A stretch of 64,000 nucleotides of DNA from Vitreimonas sp. (GTDB taxonomy: Bacteria > Patescibacteriota > Microgenomatia > UBA1400 > PJMF01), in the NCBI GenBank assembly GCA_035627515.1, contig DASPLQ010000012.1, positions 263,269 through 327,268 of the forward strand. The letters are read 5' to 3'. The stretch's first letter is position 1. Each line of letters starts with the position of its first letter. This document shows positions 29,099 to 38,866 of the stretch, piece after piece. The notes under the pieces are model-generated. The model made no database searches. It was not told where the DNA came from and saw nothing but the letters and a program-made list of their open reading frames with translations. A program made the translations under genes and the position numbers.

Positions 29099-30052
29099 AT
29101 GCCGAAAGAACGTTTAAAACGCAAGCGTAGTCGCACTGAAGTAGAGACATCGTGGTTAACACCATCTCGTATTTTGAAAACACTGGGTGTATTAGGTGGA
29201 GTTGGCGCAGCTTTAGTCATTGGTCGTCAGGAATTGCGCTCAGATCATTCGCAGACTTCTACTTCTAATAACTCAGAAACTCACTCCCAGACCCTGGATC
29301 AACCTTCACGGTTTGAGTTATCTAGCTTGTTTTCCAGCGAAGCCGATCGCCAGCTTATTCTTAATAGCTCGGTGCATCTTTTAATCTATGACCAAAATGG
29401 TAGTTCTATTGGTCAGGCACGAGGTGGGTTAGCGATAGATACCAGTAGCAACCAAGTGGTGCTGCTAGCTGCTGCTCACTCAATTAAGCCAGAATATACC
29501 TACCAACTTACTGGACCCGCTCTATCTGCAGATTTAACTGTTAACGGCACTGCTTTTACGATTGATTCGCCTCAATTTCAGGAGTCTACGGCGCGACTAA
29601 TCATGGAAACTGGTCAAGTCAGCACTGTTGATCTCCCAGTAATAGCGCCTGAGACAAAGTTACTTACAACTGAGAGTTTTGTGACTGTCCCCTACGCGGA
29701 CCGAGATACCGTAGGCAACGTTTTCCAAGTTACAGAAATTACGGGTGATGGGGTGATTGTGTGGCGAACCATTGAATGGGATATGGTCGCTCGCCAACCA
29801 CAATTGGGTGATTGGCAAGCAGCACCTAATTCTACGCAAGTCCTAGGTGAAAGTTGTAATGGTGGGTCAGGGGCCGTTGCCCTCTTAACTGAATCCACAG
29901 CAAATGGCTTTCAACTAGTTCGCAATAACCTTGGCGAAGCGCTCGCTTTAGCTACGTTGGCAGGCAATGATCCACTCAATCCTACTGCTGAATATCGCAA
30001 AGGTGAGTTGAGTTGCAGTAATTTAGCACTCGGACTTTTGATTGGTCACTAA
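29099..30052 (+). CDS. Membrane-anchored trypsin-like serine protease (divergent)
   Basis: 'LLAAAHSI' and 'CNGGSGA' resemble the His and Ser motifs. Confidence 0.45.
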   Translation: MPKERLKRKRSRTEVETSWLTPSRILKTLGVLGGVGAALVIGRQELRSDHSQTSTSNNSETHSQTLDQPSRFELSSLFSSEADRQLILNSSVHLLIYDQNGSSIGQARGGLAIDTSSNQVVLLAAAHSIKPEYTYQLTGPALSADLTVNGTAFTIDSPQFQESTARLIMETGQVSTVDLPVIAPETKLLTTESFVTVPYADRDTVGNVFQVTEITGDGVIVWRTIEWDMVARQPQLGDWQAAPNSTQVLGESCNGGSGAVALLTESTANGFQLVRNNLGEALALATLAGNDPLNPTAEYRKGELSCSNLALGLLIGH

Positions 30053-30090
30053 ATTCCTCGATTTGAAGCGTCTTAAATAATATTTATACT

Positions 30091-31188
30091 ATGTCTGAGA
30101 GATGGTCTGACCGAACTAAACAACCTTCTTATATTAATGAGTCATGGAGATTGTTCGGGCGATTGCTACTGGCCAGCATCGTTACATTAGTTAATGGGAA
30201 TTTAGTTCTTCACCTTTTAAATAAACCTGCACAACCAAGAGAGCTAGACTCTCACATGGATAATTCTACTGGCACTGAGTACTTAGATGTAGTTCTAACA
30301 GACAGCCTAGAAAGCTATAGTCGAGAAATAGTTCGCTTCCCACCTTATTTTGTCAGCACGCAAGCCAATGAGCCAAGTAGTAACGGCCAAAAATTAGCTT
30401 TAATTTATCATGGACCTAACTGGAAAGATACTTTGCACATATACAGTTCTGGGGAAAACGAACCTCTCACCTTCGGCCCGTTAACTCCTGGTTTTAGAGA
30501 TGCGATTGAATGGTCTCCAGCTGGCAATTACTTAGCCATGAGTGTGCTACTGTCAGGTGATGGCAGAGACTATGGCCTTATGGTCTTTGATGTCACTTCA
30601 GATCAGGCTTGGCAACAAGGTCCCGAGGTAATTACTAGTCCACTAGGGGCTGCTGATCCCACCTGGTTTGCTTGGTCCCCTACTGGAGAATATCTTGCTT
30701 GGTCGGAGGGCACCGACATACGTATCAAAGTAATGCCCGAAAAGCTGCCCATGCGTCCCGAGTTTAAGCCTGTCGCTAAAAGTTTATTGACGTGGATAGA
30801 TGAACACCAAGTGGTCTTTGTAGATTATCGAACTTCAGGTCCATCCACCATTGGCAACCTTTATTTGTATGATATAAGAACACAAGAAAGTACTTTAATT
30901 AAAGAGCTGGAAGGTACTGAATGGATACCTCAACTTAATAATGTTATTTTTGTCCTGGGTTCGGCTGAAGGTAAATGGGTAGGACTCGGGACTACTCATA
31001 ACACAAATTTTGAGTTCGGCATTTTTGACTTTGCAGGTAATCTAATTGGAACAAGTTCATTACCAGTATTACCTCTAGGCCCTCTCGGAGATCACTATGT
31101 GCTACAAAAGATTATCTGTGAACCAAATAAACTCACCGGTATTTATAGTAATGGCGAATTAAGAGCTGCTGAGATTATTTTTCATTAA
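30091..31188 (+). CDS. TolB/WD40-like beta-propeller protein
   Basis: 'WSPAGNYLA', 'WSPTGEYLAW' repeats. Confidence 0.7.
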   Translation: MSERWSDRTKQPSYINESWRLFGRLLLASIVTLVNGNLVLHLLNKPAQPRELDSHMDNSTGTEYLDVVLTDSLESYSREIVRFPPYFVSTQANEPSSNGQKLALIYHGPNWKDTLHIYSSGENEPLTFGPLTPGFRDAIEWSPAGNYLAMSVLLSGDGRDYGLMVFDVTSDQAWQQGPEVITSPLGAADPTWFAWSPTGEYLAWSEGTDIRIKVMPEKLPMRPEFKPVAKSLLTWIDEHQVVFVDYRTSGPSTIGNLYLYDIRTQESTLIKELEGTEWIPQLNNVIFVLGSAEGKWVGLGTTHNTNFEFGIFDFAGNLIGTSSLPVLPLGPLGDHYVLQKIICEPNKLTGIYSNGELRAAEIIFH

Positions 31189-31230
31189 AAGTGTCTTTAC
31201 TATCTTCTGGCCTGGATAAGTCCCATAACT

Positions 31231-31437
31231 TTGACTTTTTCTCACTTTTATTGTAATATGTATTTAGTGTGTATTTTTCTAAATGGGCATTGCGCCTATT
31301 TTAGAGAAAACTCGCTCTTTAACACTGGATTTAGCACCTGAGTACCGATGAGTTCTTCTTTTTAATAAGGCGGATTGATCGGTGCTCAGGATGGGCCTGA
31401 GCCGTAATGTTTTAGTTTTGTTCAGGAGCTTAAAAAA
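31231..31437 (+). promoter_or_regulatory. Promoter, hairpin, boxA and structured leader
   Basis: TTGACT-17-TAATAT; hairpin 31274-31310; GCTCTTTAACA 31314-31324; stem CCTGAGTACCGAT/ATCGGTGCTCAGG. Confidence 0.65.
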
Positions 31438-31836
31438 ATGGATGCGGTAGTAGTAATCAATTCACCAAAAACCCCAGCCGGAGACAATCTTTTAACCCAA
31501 ATTTCATTATTTGGAGTAGAAGTTGTAGAAGGAGACTTGGGGAAAAGTGGAGAACTCTTTTTGGAATTTGTAAGGGGGGGTGCATTTGCATTATTGTTCT
31601 GGTGGAAAGATTTAGAATATCAACCTCCCACCTTTGAACAATATTTAGCAGAAATCCTCAAGGTTGCCTTGCCAGAAAAAAAGGTGGTTATTGTCTTTGA
31701 GTATCAACCGTACTTCAATCTTCCTCAAGAATTTGCTAATCAATGGCAGATTATATTAAGGGAGGACGCGGATACGGATGACATTTGGGGAATTTTGATA
31801 GGCGCTACTCAGATTCCTAAGCGCCTGAATAAATAA
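31438..31836 (+). CDS. Hypothetical protein, possible degenerate receiver (CheY-like) domain
   Basis: (beta/alpha)5 hydrophobic pattern VVVIN..GVEVV..FALLFW..KKVVIVF..IIL; canonical phospho-site residues not evident. Confidence 0.5.
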   Translation: MDAVVVINSPKTPAGDNLLTQISLFGVEVVEGDLGKSGELFLEFVRGGAFALLFWWKDLEYQPPTFEQYLAEILKVALPEKKVVIVFEYQPYFNLPQEFANQWQIILREDADTDDIWGILIGATQIPKRLNK

Positions 31837-31928
31837 CCCGCTAAAATCCAGCCCGACTCCCCTCGCTTAACCGTGAGGGGGTCAATCTCAAACTGAGATA
31901 AAATATGTCACTTTAAGATTGATTCAAC

Positions 31929-31962
31929 AAAAAAAGCCTCGGACTGCTCACGAGGCTTTTTT
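31929..31962. terminator. Bidirectional intrinsic terminator
   Basis: A-run GCCTCG-GACTGCTCA-CGAGGC T-run between convergent genes. Confidence 0.8.
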
Positions 31963-31981
31963 GATTTTTACTTAAGTGAAA

Positions 31982-33754
31982 TTACACTTTATCTTTAATT
32001 TCTTTATTTAACTTGGCCACAAATTCTTCGAGCTTCATGACTTCAGGTTTGGACTTGGGTTCGGCGCCACGAGCGTTGACTGCCACCGAGCCACTCTCCA
32101 TTTCCTTGTCACCAATGACTAAGACATAGGGAATTTTTTCCAGTTTGGCATCACGGATCTTGGCCGACAAGCTTTCCGCCCGATCATCGAACTCCACGCG
32201 CATCTTTTCTGAACTCAACTCATGGACCACTTGTTGAGAGTACTCATGATGACGATCAGCAATTGGCAAGACGCGCACTTGTGTGGGCGCCATCCAGAGT
32301 GGGAATGCCCCGGCATAGTGCTCGATCAAGAAGGCCATCACGCGTTCAATGGCACCAATCGAAGAGCGATGAACCACAATTGGTTGCTCCTCTACCCCGG
32401 CTTCATTGACAAATTTCAGATCAAAACGCTTCGGCATCACGAAGTCATACTGGACGGTAAAAGCCGTATCTTCTTTACCATTGACGTTACGCATTTGAAC
32501 GTCAATTTTAGGGCCGTAAAAGGCGGCTTCTTGGGGTGCTTCCACGAAGTGGGCGTCTCTCTCTTCCAGCACTGAGCGCAAGACGTTTTCCGCAAAATCC
32601 CATGACTCATCGTCTTTGAAGTATTTTTTATCATCAGAGCGATCACCCAGTGACAAGCGATACCAGAATTGTTCACCTGGAGTAAACTTGAAAATATTAG
32701 AGATGTACTCGATCAAATCAAGCACGCCATTGATCTCTGATTTAGCTTGTTCGCGCCGACACACAATGTGAGCATCTGCCAAACAAAAACTGCGCACGCG
32801 CTGCAACCCGCTCAACTCTCCCGATTGCTCATAGCGATACAACTTGGCTAATTCAGCAAAGCGCATCGGCAGTTCTTTGTAGGAGTGAGGCCGGCTGGAG
32901 TACAACTCGAAGTGGTGAGGGCACGTCATCGGCCGCAACATGTACTCCTCCTCGTCGATCACAATCGGGGCGTACATCGAGTCCTTGTAGTACGGATAGT
33001 GACCTGATTTTTTGTAGAGGTCTAAGTTGGCAATATCAGGCGTATAAACGTGTAAGTAACCACGTTTAATTTCCTCATCCACGATAAAGCGCTCCAGCTC
33101 GCGGCGGACAGCGGCACCTTTGGGTGTCCAAAGTGGCAAGCCTTTACCCACCGTGTCAGAAAACACAAATAAATCGAGTTCTTTACCCAATTTTTTGTGG
33201 TCACGAGCTTTGGCTTCAGCTTGGCGCTGCAGATACTCATCCAGTTCTGCCTGCGAAGGCCAGGCTGTACCATAAATCCGCGTTAACATTGGGTTCTTCT
33301 CATCGCCTAACCAATAGGCACCCGCCACCGATTGCAGTTTAAAATACTTCAGCTCTTCGGCAGGATTTTCGACGTGGCCACCTTTGCACAAATCCCAGTA
33401 CTCACCCGATTTATAAAATGTGATCGTTTTGCCTTCTTCCGCGAACTTATCAATCAATTCATGTTTGTATTGGTTGCTAGGATATTCTTTTTTGGCATCA
33501 GCGACTGACAGCTCAAAACGCTCAAACTGTTTCCAGTTGGGTAACATTTCCCGCATCTTTTTTTCAATCGCCGGGAAGTCCGCTTCAGACACTGGCTTGC
33601 TAAACTCAAAATCAAAATAAAAGCCATTTTCGATGTTCGGTCCAATCGTGCGCTTGGTATCTGGCCACAGCTCCATCACGGCCGCAGCTAATAAATGAGC
33701 AACTGAGTGACGCAAATTATCTAAGTATTCTTGATCATGTTTGGGTTTTGACAT
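31982..33754 (-). CDS. thrS: Threonyl-tRNA synthetase
   Basis: 'HSVAHLLA', 'DLCKGGH', 'RPMTCPHH', 'AAFYGPKID', anticodon-binding domain; start at ATG 33754. Confidence 0.97.
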   Translation of the reverse strand: MSKPKHDQEYLDNLRHSVAHLLAAAVMELWPDTKRTIGPNIENGFYFDFEFSKPVSEADFPAIEKKMREMLPNWKQFERFELSVADAKKEYPSNQYKHELIDKFAEEGKTITFYKSGEYWDLCKGGHVENPAEELKYFKLQSVAGAYWLGDEKNPMLTRIYGTAWPSQAELDEYLQRQAEAKARDHKKLGKELDLFVFSDTVGKGLPLWTPKGAAVRRELERFIVDEEIKRGYLHVYTPDIANLDLYKKSGHYPYYKDSMYAPIVIDEEEYMLRPMTCPHHFELYSSRPHSYKELPMRFAELAKLYRYEQSGELSGLQRVRSFCLADAHIVCRREQAKSEINGVLDLIEYISNIFKFTPGEQFWYRLSLGDRSDDKKYFKDDESWDFAENVLRSVLEERDAHFVEAPQEAAFYGPKIDVQMRNVNGKEDTAFTVQYDFVMPKRFDLKFVNEAGVEEQPIVVHRSSIGAIERVMAFLIEHYAGAFPLWMAPTQVRVLPIADRHHEYSQQVVHELSSEKMRVEFDDRAESLSAKIRDAKLEKIPYVLVIGDKEMESGSVAVNARGAEPKSKPEVMKLEEFVAKLNKEIKDKV

Positions 33755-33882
33755 ATGTTTAAATTCCAAATTTTAAATCTCAAATTCCCAAATTAGTACG
33801 CTCGCTATCGAATTGAATTTTGGAATTTGGATTTTTACTAATTACTACTATTCTACCGCTCCGAACTGGCCTTCGGAGTATT

Positions 33883-33907
33883 AAAAAACCTCCCGGCCGG
33901 GGGAGGT
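33883..33907 (-). terminator. Attenuator terminator of the thrS leader
   Basis: ACCTCCC-CCGGCC-GGGAGGT followed by TTTTT. Confidence 0.85.
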
Positions 33908-33934
33908 GTTCAGTTTCGGTCTAGCCAGCCAAAA

Positions 33935-33991
33935 CTACTCCCCTGCCGGGATGGTAGTAGTGGTGGTAGTAGTCCGAACTAAGAATTTCAT
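33935..33991 (-). CDS. Thr-rich attenuation leader peptide MKFLVRTTTTTTTIPAGE
   Basis: Seven consecutive ACT/ACC codons; TGnTATACT 7 nt upstream of the ATG; antiterminator pairing with the downstream terminator. Confidence 0.85.
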   Translation of the reverse strand: MKFLVRTTTTTTTIPAGE

Positions 33992-34046
33992 CAGTGCTAG
34001 TATACCATATTTACTCCGCCCAACTTTTTACTCTAAAATAGAGTTT

Positions 34047-37000
34047 ATGGCTACTAATGAGCTAAAAAAAACTATAGTTGAAACATCTGAACCAGCTTCA
34101 CCTTCGCCAGTTCCAACCAAGACAGCAGATCGCGATAAACCAGAACGCTTCAAACGACTGAAAACCCTGGGGCGGAAGGGTCTCTATTTAGTCGTTTTAA
34201 CTGCAATGCTTGGCAATGTTGGAGGCGGTTACTTGCTCGGCAAAAAAATACTTGAAGCCCAAAACCCTTCCGACATATCTCAGATCCTGGAAGGTGAAGA
34301 TGGGGGCTCGTTAACAACACTTCTCCAGGCCTATGAAGCTCAAAAACTGCGTGAACACTCCCTGACCAATGACCAACAACGGGCTCAAATCGGCTTAGAA
34401 TTTATTGATGACCGTACTGAGGGTGGTGGCAATGAACGGCTCGAGGAACAACTCTCTCAGAAATACCTCGATGCCACTACACACGCCCTGGTATTAGAAA
34501 CTGTAAGTGGCCTGAATGAAGCGCAGTTCGGCCCTTATCTAATAGCTGAATTAAAGAAACCTGATTCTGAAATTGGGGCGAGTTTGCGAGAAGATATTCA
34601 AACAAAAGTCGAGGCTGAACTTAATCGCGCCGTGGAACACATCTTGGCTGGTGGCACGCTCAGCACGATTGCTAATCCTGATTTTTTCCGCACACTGGTG
34701 GAAACCCAACAAGAAGAACTCACTACCTGGTTTTCATACTATCTAGAACCAACTTTTGGCCAGTTGAAAATAAATCCCGCTTATCAAGAATTTTTTACAG
34801 CCTATGAAATTGAGTCCATTGCTGATTTAGCACCTTACTTACCCACCAGCCTCTGGCGGTATCTCCTGGTTCATACCCTTGGCTTTACTGGTCTCGATCA
34901 GCAATATATGGAAGCTCAGCCCATTCATGAGTTGAGCATCTACGTGAGTGAGCTCATCTCGCGGGCTCCCAGTGTTCGTACTGGCCAACGCCTGACACCT
35001 GACCAACTCCGCATGAGCAACGAGACTTTTTATCAAACCTATAATCTATTGATGATTGTGGCTACTGAGCAAATTGATGACAGTGAGGAAGCTTTCACTC
35101 CGGAAATGTACTGGGATTTCTTCCAGATTCCCCGGTTGTTAAACATCGAGTTTGGCATCTATTGTGAGTTGCTCGGTAATGTTTTTCTCCCTCAAGATAA
35201 GTTGCAGTATATTCCCATTACAGGTAAGCATGTGGGTAATCCATTTACCCAAACTTCCACGCCACTATCAGTGCTAGCCTTCAAAGCCAATAATGAGCAC
35301 ACACCCCTCCGCTTATCGAAGTTAGTTTTGACTGACTCATATCAACAGCTCACCATCCTCAAAGAGCTGTTTGAGCAACGCTTTCCGAGTGCTTCGGGAG
35401 CCACTTTCGAGCAATTTCTCCAGTTTCTGATCGAGACTGATCACAACTTAGCAGCCACCAATTACTCCACCTTTGAAATAACCCGGTTGTTTACCTTTTC
35501 CCCCGATTTTACGAACCGGCAACTCGACCTGGAAAATGCTCACACGCTGTTGGAGTTGTTCAGTCGTCTTCATGGAAATGACGTCATGATGCGCGTTTTT
35601 CTAGAGGATCTCACCCAACGTGATTTTAGTTTATTTAGAGTGGAGATGTGGTTCCAACTGGCTGAAGAGTTTGGCGTCGGTCCATTTGCGGCCAACCTCG
35701 ACAATCAACCCTTTCCCGAACCTCGCTTTACTTTAACCACTAATTCCGATAATACCTTCCTCCCTTACGAACAGCAATCCATCGTGAATCTCTTGCGGAC
35801 TGTCCAGAGAGAAGCAGAACGGAATGGTATTTCCCCCGACAAGATGCCTCAATTTTTGTCTTTTTGGTTGTCAGTAGTAGTTTTCCCTTCACCATCATTC
35901 ACTGATCCCTACCCACTTGAAATCATTGATGAGGCCCACATCGCTCAATTAGTCAGTATTTTCAATCGCCATGAAGACGATCTGATGCTGTTATTCAGCC
36001 CCGATCTGGAGTTGATTAGCACTGTTTCTGATACCCCGAAGGTAGACTCCCTTTATCAGTATTTATTTAATTATCCTACCTACATATTTCACGAGAGTTT
36101 TTCACAGTACCCTGAGTTCCACAACTGGTTTTCAGCGGCACTGACCAGACTCAAAACCGAGTCTGCACAGGACTGGGCTAAGCTTTCCGACCCCCTTCAT
36201 CCTCAGCTTTCCGAAATTAAGGATGATTTTGGCTCTCAATTGAACTACTTGTTTTTCGATGAGCGCTCTCTCTCTTTAGCTCACATCGCTCAAGAAGCCC
36301 TGGGCCTGCCCCTTGATCAAGAACTTTCCGATGAAGAAGCACTCGCCTTTGGCCATTTTTACTTCAGCCTTGCTGACGCTGAAGGTCGCTATAATGAAAT
36401 TATTCCCGAATTAGCCACTATTGCTCTCAAAGCTTGGTTGCCATATCGCCACTATGCTAGTTGGCAACGTGATCATTATCTTCATTTTGACCCCACTTTT
36501 TTCCTTAATTACCTTGTCACCCCTGAGACTACCCCCGATAACCCTCAGGACAGTCGGTTTTTTAACGAAGCCCTCCTCAGTCAAGCCTTGGAGTTGTGGC
36601 GGCAACGTCTCCAACCAGTCAGAGAGGTTCTGGATGAGGCTGGCTTAACTGACGCTGAGTTTGCATTTTTGATCAGAATCGCTAAGCCGACTACCAGTCT
36701 TAATGCCTACTTTAACACCTACGATCAGGACCCTAGTAACGGCATCGAAGCCGCCGATGCTACCCAAATTACTAGTGAACTCCAAGAATTGCTGGCCTTA
36801 ATAACTGAGCTCAAAGCTCTCGGCAGATATGAATTATTTGTGCAGTTACTATCGCAAGTAGACTCGCGAAATGTGGATATAACTGTCACTTCGGAAGCGG
36901 TAGCTTTAGCTCGTTATTTCTGCTTGGAAACTGAGTACGATTTAGCAGCTTTACAACCGGCCTTTAGTCGTCAAATTACTGGCATTATTTCCGGACAAAT

Positions 37001-37949
37001 TGCTGCCCTCGGGACGCAACGCTACATTGAGACACTGGAAAGTTTGCTGGATCAAGATATCCCCCAACCCTTAGCTGAACTGTTTATTGATTTAGCGCCA
37101 TATATTATTGATGCTGATCCCACTAGCTCAAACCTCGAAGCTCAACTAGCTCAAACAATCATTACCATGTCTGACGCCGAGCGACAAGGATTTGCTGCCT
37201 TTGTGACACCAATCATTAGACAGCGTGAAACACCTTTAACACGATCACAGTGGTGGTACCTGTGGCGAATATGGGAAACTACTCCTGAACAATTTAATAA
37301 CCGCTTAAGTCATATCTTTTTTGGCACCGAGCAAGATCAGAGCAATCGTGAACACCATATTAATGGCCTCGGGTTTGTAATTCCCCTTGATACTAACTCA
37401 GCTACCGCTTTTTCTGAGCCAGAATTTCGTTCCGCTTGGTGGGGCGACCCGGCTAGCCCTAATGCTTACCATCATAAAAAACCAACGCTCCTGTTTGTTC
37501 GTATGCTGAGGCCTGCCTTGCCTTCAACAAATGGCCTGCCACCCAGCTTAAGTGATCTGCAAGAACAAACCACGGTTGTGCCAGCTACCACCTATGAGGC
37601 CACCACTTGGATTCCCCGTATGGCTGAGCCTTTAATCTTCAAAGCCGGCGAGCAAATTTACTTATTTGTGCCCACTCTACGCGAGGATCAACTCACCGAT
37701 GCTGTCATTGAACAAGCCGCCAATGAACTTGGTCTGGCACGGAATGATCTGCAAATCTATCGCCTGCCCAGTATCAACACAGATTATTACACCCCCACTG
37801 TTTTACTGGCCAACAACTATCACATCATGAGTACCGATGGCATTCCTATTCCCCATCGAAGAGCGGATGATTTCTTCCTCAACGTGGGACCAGAGGGAGG
37901 TGACTTGAGTGAGGGCATCTTTACCGTAACGGCCATTAGAAGTCAGTAA
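34047..37949 (+). CDS. Large (1300 aa) acidic helical protein with N-terminal membrane anchor, hypothetical
   Basis: Start re-set to ATG 34047 after TAAAAT; TM ending GGYLLG. Confidence 0.7.
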   Translation: MATNELKKTIVETSEPASPSPVPTKTADRDKPERFKRLKTLGRKGLYLVVLTAMLGNVGGGYLLGKKILEAQNPSDISQILEGEDGGSLTTLLQAYEAQKLREHSLTNDQQRAQIGLEFIDDRTEGGGNERLEEQLSQKYLDATTHALVLETVSGLNEAQFGPYLIAELKKPDSEIGASLREDIQTKVEAELNRAVEHILAGGTLSTIANPDFFRTLVETQQEELTTWFSYYLEPTFGQLKINPAYQEFFTAYEIESIADLAPYLPTSLWRYLLVHTLGFTGLDQQYMEAQPIHELSIYVSELISRAPSVRTGQRLTPDQLRMSNETFYQTYNLLMIVATEQIDDSEEAFTPEMYWDFFQIPRLLNIEFGIYCELLGNVFLPQDKLQYIPITGKHVGNPFTQTSTPLSVLAFKANNEHTPLRLSKLVLTDSYQQLTILKELFEQRFPSASGATFEQFLQFLIETDHNLAATNYSTFEITRLFTFSPDFTNRQLDLENAHTLLELFSRLHGNDVMMRVFLEDLTQRDFSLFRVEMWFQLAEEFGVGPFAANLDNQPFPEPRFTLTTNSDNTFLPYEQQSIVNLLRTVQREAERNGISPDKMPQFLSFWLSVVVFPSPSFTDPYPLEIIDEAHIAQLVSIFNRHEDDLMLLFSPDLELISTVSDTPKVDSLYQYLFNYPTYIFHESFSQYPEFHNWFSAALTRLKTESAQDWAKLSDPLHPQLSEIKDDFGSQLNYLFFDERSLSLAHIAQEALGLPLDQELSDEEALAFGHFYFSLADAEGRYNEIIPELATIALKAWLPYRHYASWQRDHYLHFDPTFFLNYLVTPETTPDNPQDSRFFNEALLSQALELWRQRLQPVREVLDEAGLTDAEFAFLIRIAKPTTSLNAYFNTYDQDPSNGIEAADATQITSELQELLALITELKALGRYELFVQLLSQVDSRNVDITVTSEAVALARYFCLETEYDLAALQPAFSRQITGIISGQIAALGTQRYIETLESLLDQDIPQPLAELFIDLAPYIIDADPTSSNLEAQLAQTIITMSDAERQGFAAFVTPIIRQRETPLTRSQWWYLWRIWETTPEQFNNRLSHIFFGTEQDQSNREHHINGLGFVIPLDTNSATAFSEPEFRSAWWGDPASPNAYHHKKPTLLFVRMLRPALPSTNGLPPSLSDLQEQTTVVPATTYEATTWIPRMAEPLIFKAGEQIYLFVPTLREDQLTDAVIEQAANELGLARNDLQIYRLPSINTDYYTPTVLLANNYHIMSTDGIPIPHRRADDFFLNVGPEGGDLSEGIFTVTAIRSQ

Positions 37950-38043
37950 AACTCTCGCAACACATAGACTAACCTGTCCACCAGGGAAAAATGAATTGTC
38001 AGGCTGTTGTCATTTCCCCAATCTTGCGGTATACTACTCCCAA

Positions 38044-38196
38044 TCCAAAGACAGCGTGTGTTCACGAAGAACTTAATATCACGCCGAGGAAAAGCACATT
38101 TTCATATCTTCAAAGTTTAAATTCTTTTAGAATTTGAATTTTTGGTTTTGAAATTTATTCTTTTTCCTCGCTCCCTTCCAGGAGCGTTTTTGTTTT
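38044..38196 (+). promoter_or_regulatory. L10 (rplJ) leader with attenuator terminator
   Basis: AAGACAGCGTG...TTAA..CACGCCGAGG matches the L10-leader pattern; CGCTCC-CTTCCA-GGAGCG-TTTTTG terminator; TATACT upstream. Confidence 0.75.
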
Positions 38197-38236
38197 ATAC
38201 GGAACTAATTGAATCAAGTACCCCGGAAAGGGTGAG

Positions 38237-38761
38237 ATGCCAAATCAACACAATCAACAACAAGTGGAAATCTTAAAAGAGAAATTAGCCAAAGCTAAAT
38301 CTTTAGCTATCGTCGATTACTCTGGTACTACCGTTAACCAACAAGTGAAATTGCGTGGTGAAATCAAAGAAGCTGGTGGCGAAATGTTTGTTACTAAAAA
38401 TCGCTTAATCAACATCGTGATTGGTCAAGGTAAATTAGAAGAATCACTTCATGGCATGAACGCCGTGGTCTTCTCCTACGAAGATGAAGTATCTGCTCTT
38501 AAAAAATTATTCACTTTTCACAAAGACACTGACAAATTAACCATCAAACAAGGCTGGATGGAAGACAAAATCCTGTCTGTCGAAGAAGTAGAAGCTTTGA
38601 GTAACCTCCCAGGCCGCTCAGAGTTGATGGCGACATTGATCTCACGCATCCAAGGCCCAGCTTACGGCTTAGTCAATGTTTTGAAGGCTTCCCAACGAGG
38701 CTTAGTTTATGCCTTACAAGCCTTAGCTGACAAAAAGAATTCAGAAGGCGCTACCGCCTAA
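38237..38761 (+). CDS. rplJ: 50S ribosomal protein L10
   Basis: 'DYSG..V.Q...LR', 'V.KNRL', 'LSNLPGR.EL'. Confidence 0.95.
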   Translation: MPNQHNQQQVEILKEKLAKAKSLAIVDYSGTTVNQQVKLRGEIKEAGGEMFVTKNRLINIVIGQGKLEESLHGMNAVVFSYEDEVSALKKLFTFHKDTDKLTIKQGWMEDKILSVEEVEALSNLPGRSELMATLISRIQGPAYGLVNVLKASQRGLVYALQALADKKNSEGATA

Positions 38762-38866
38762 TTATTAATTAAAACAGGTATTAGAAATTAGGGATTAGTT
38801 AATAAACAAAAATCAAAACTAATACCTAACAACTAAAAACTAGTAACTATATAAAAGAAAGGAACT

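Noticed and set aside
33906-34046. N-terminal extension MFSFGL...VVVVVVV of the 1347-aa ORF
   Set aside because: The poly-Val run is the antisense of the Thr leader peptide; the better start is ATG 34047.
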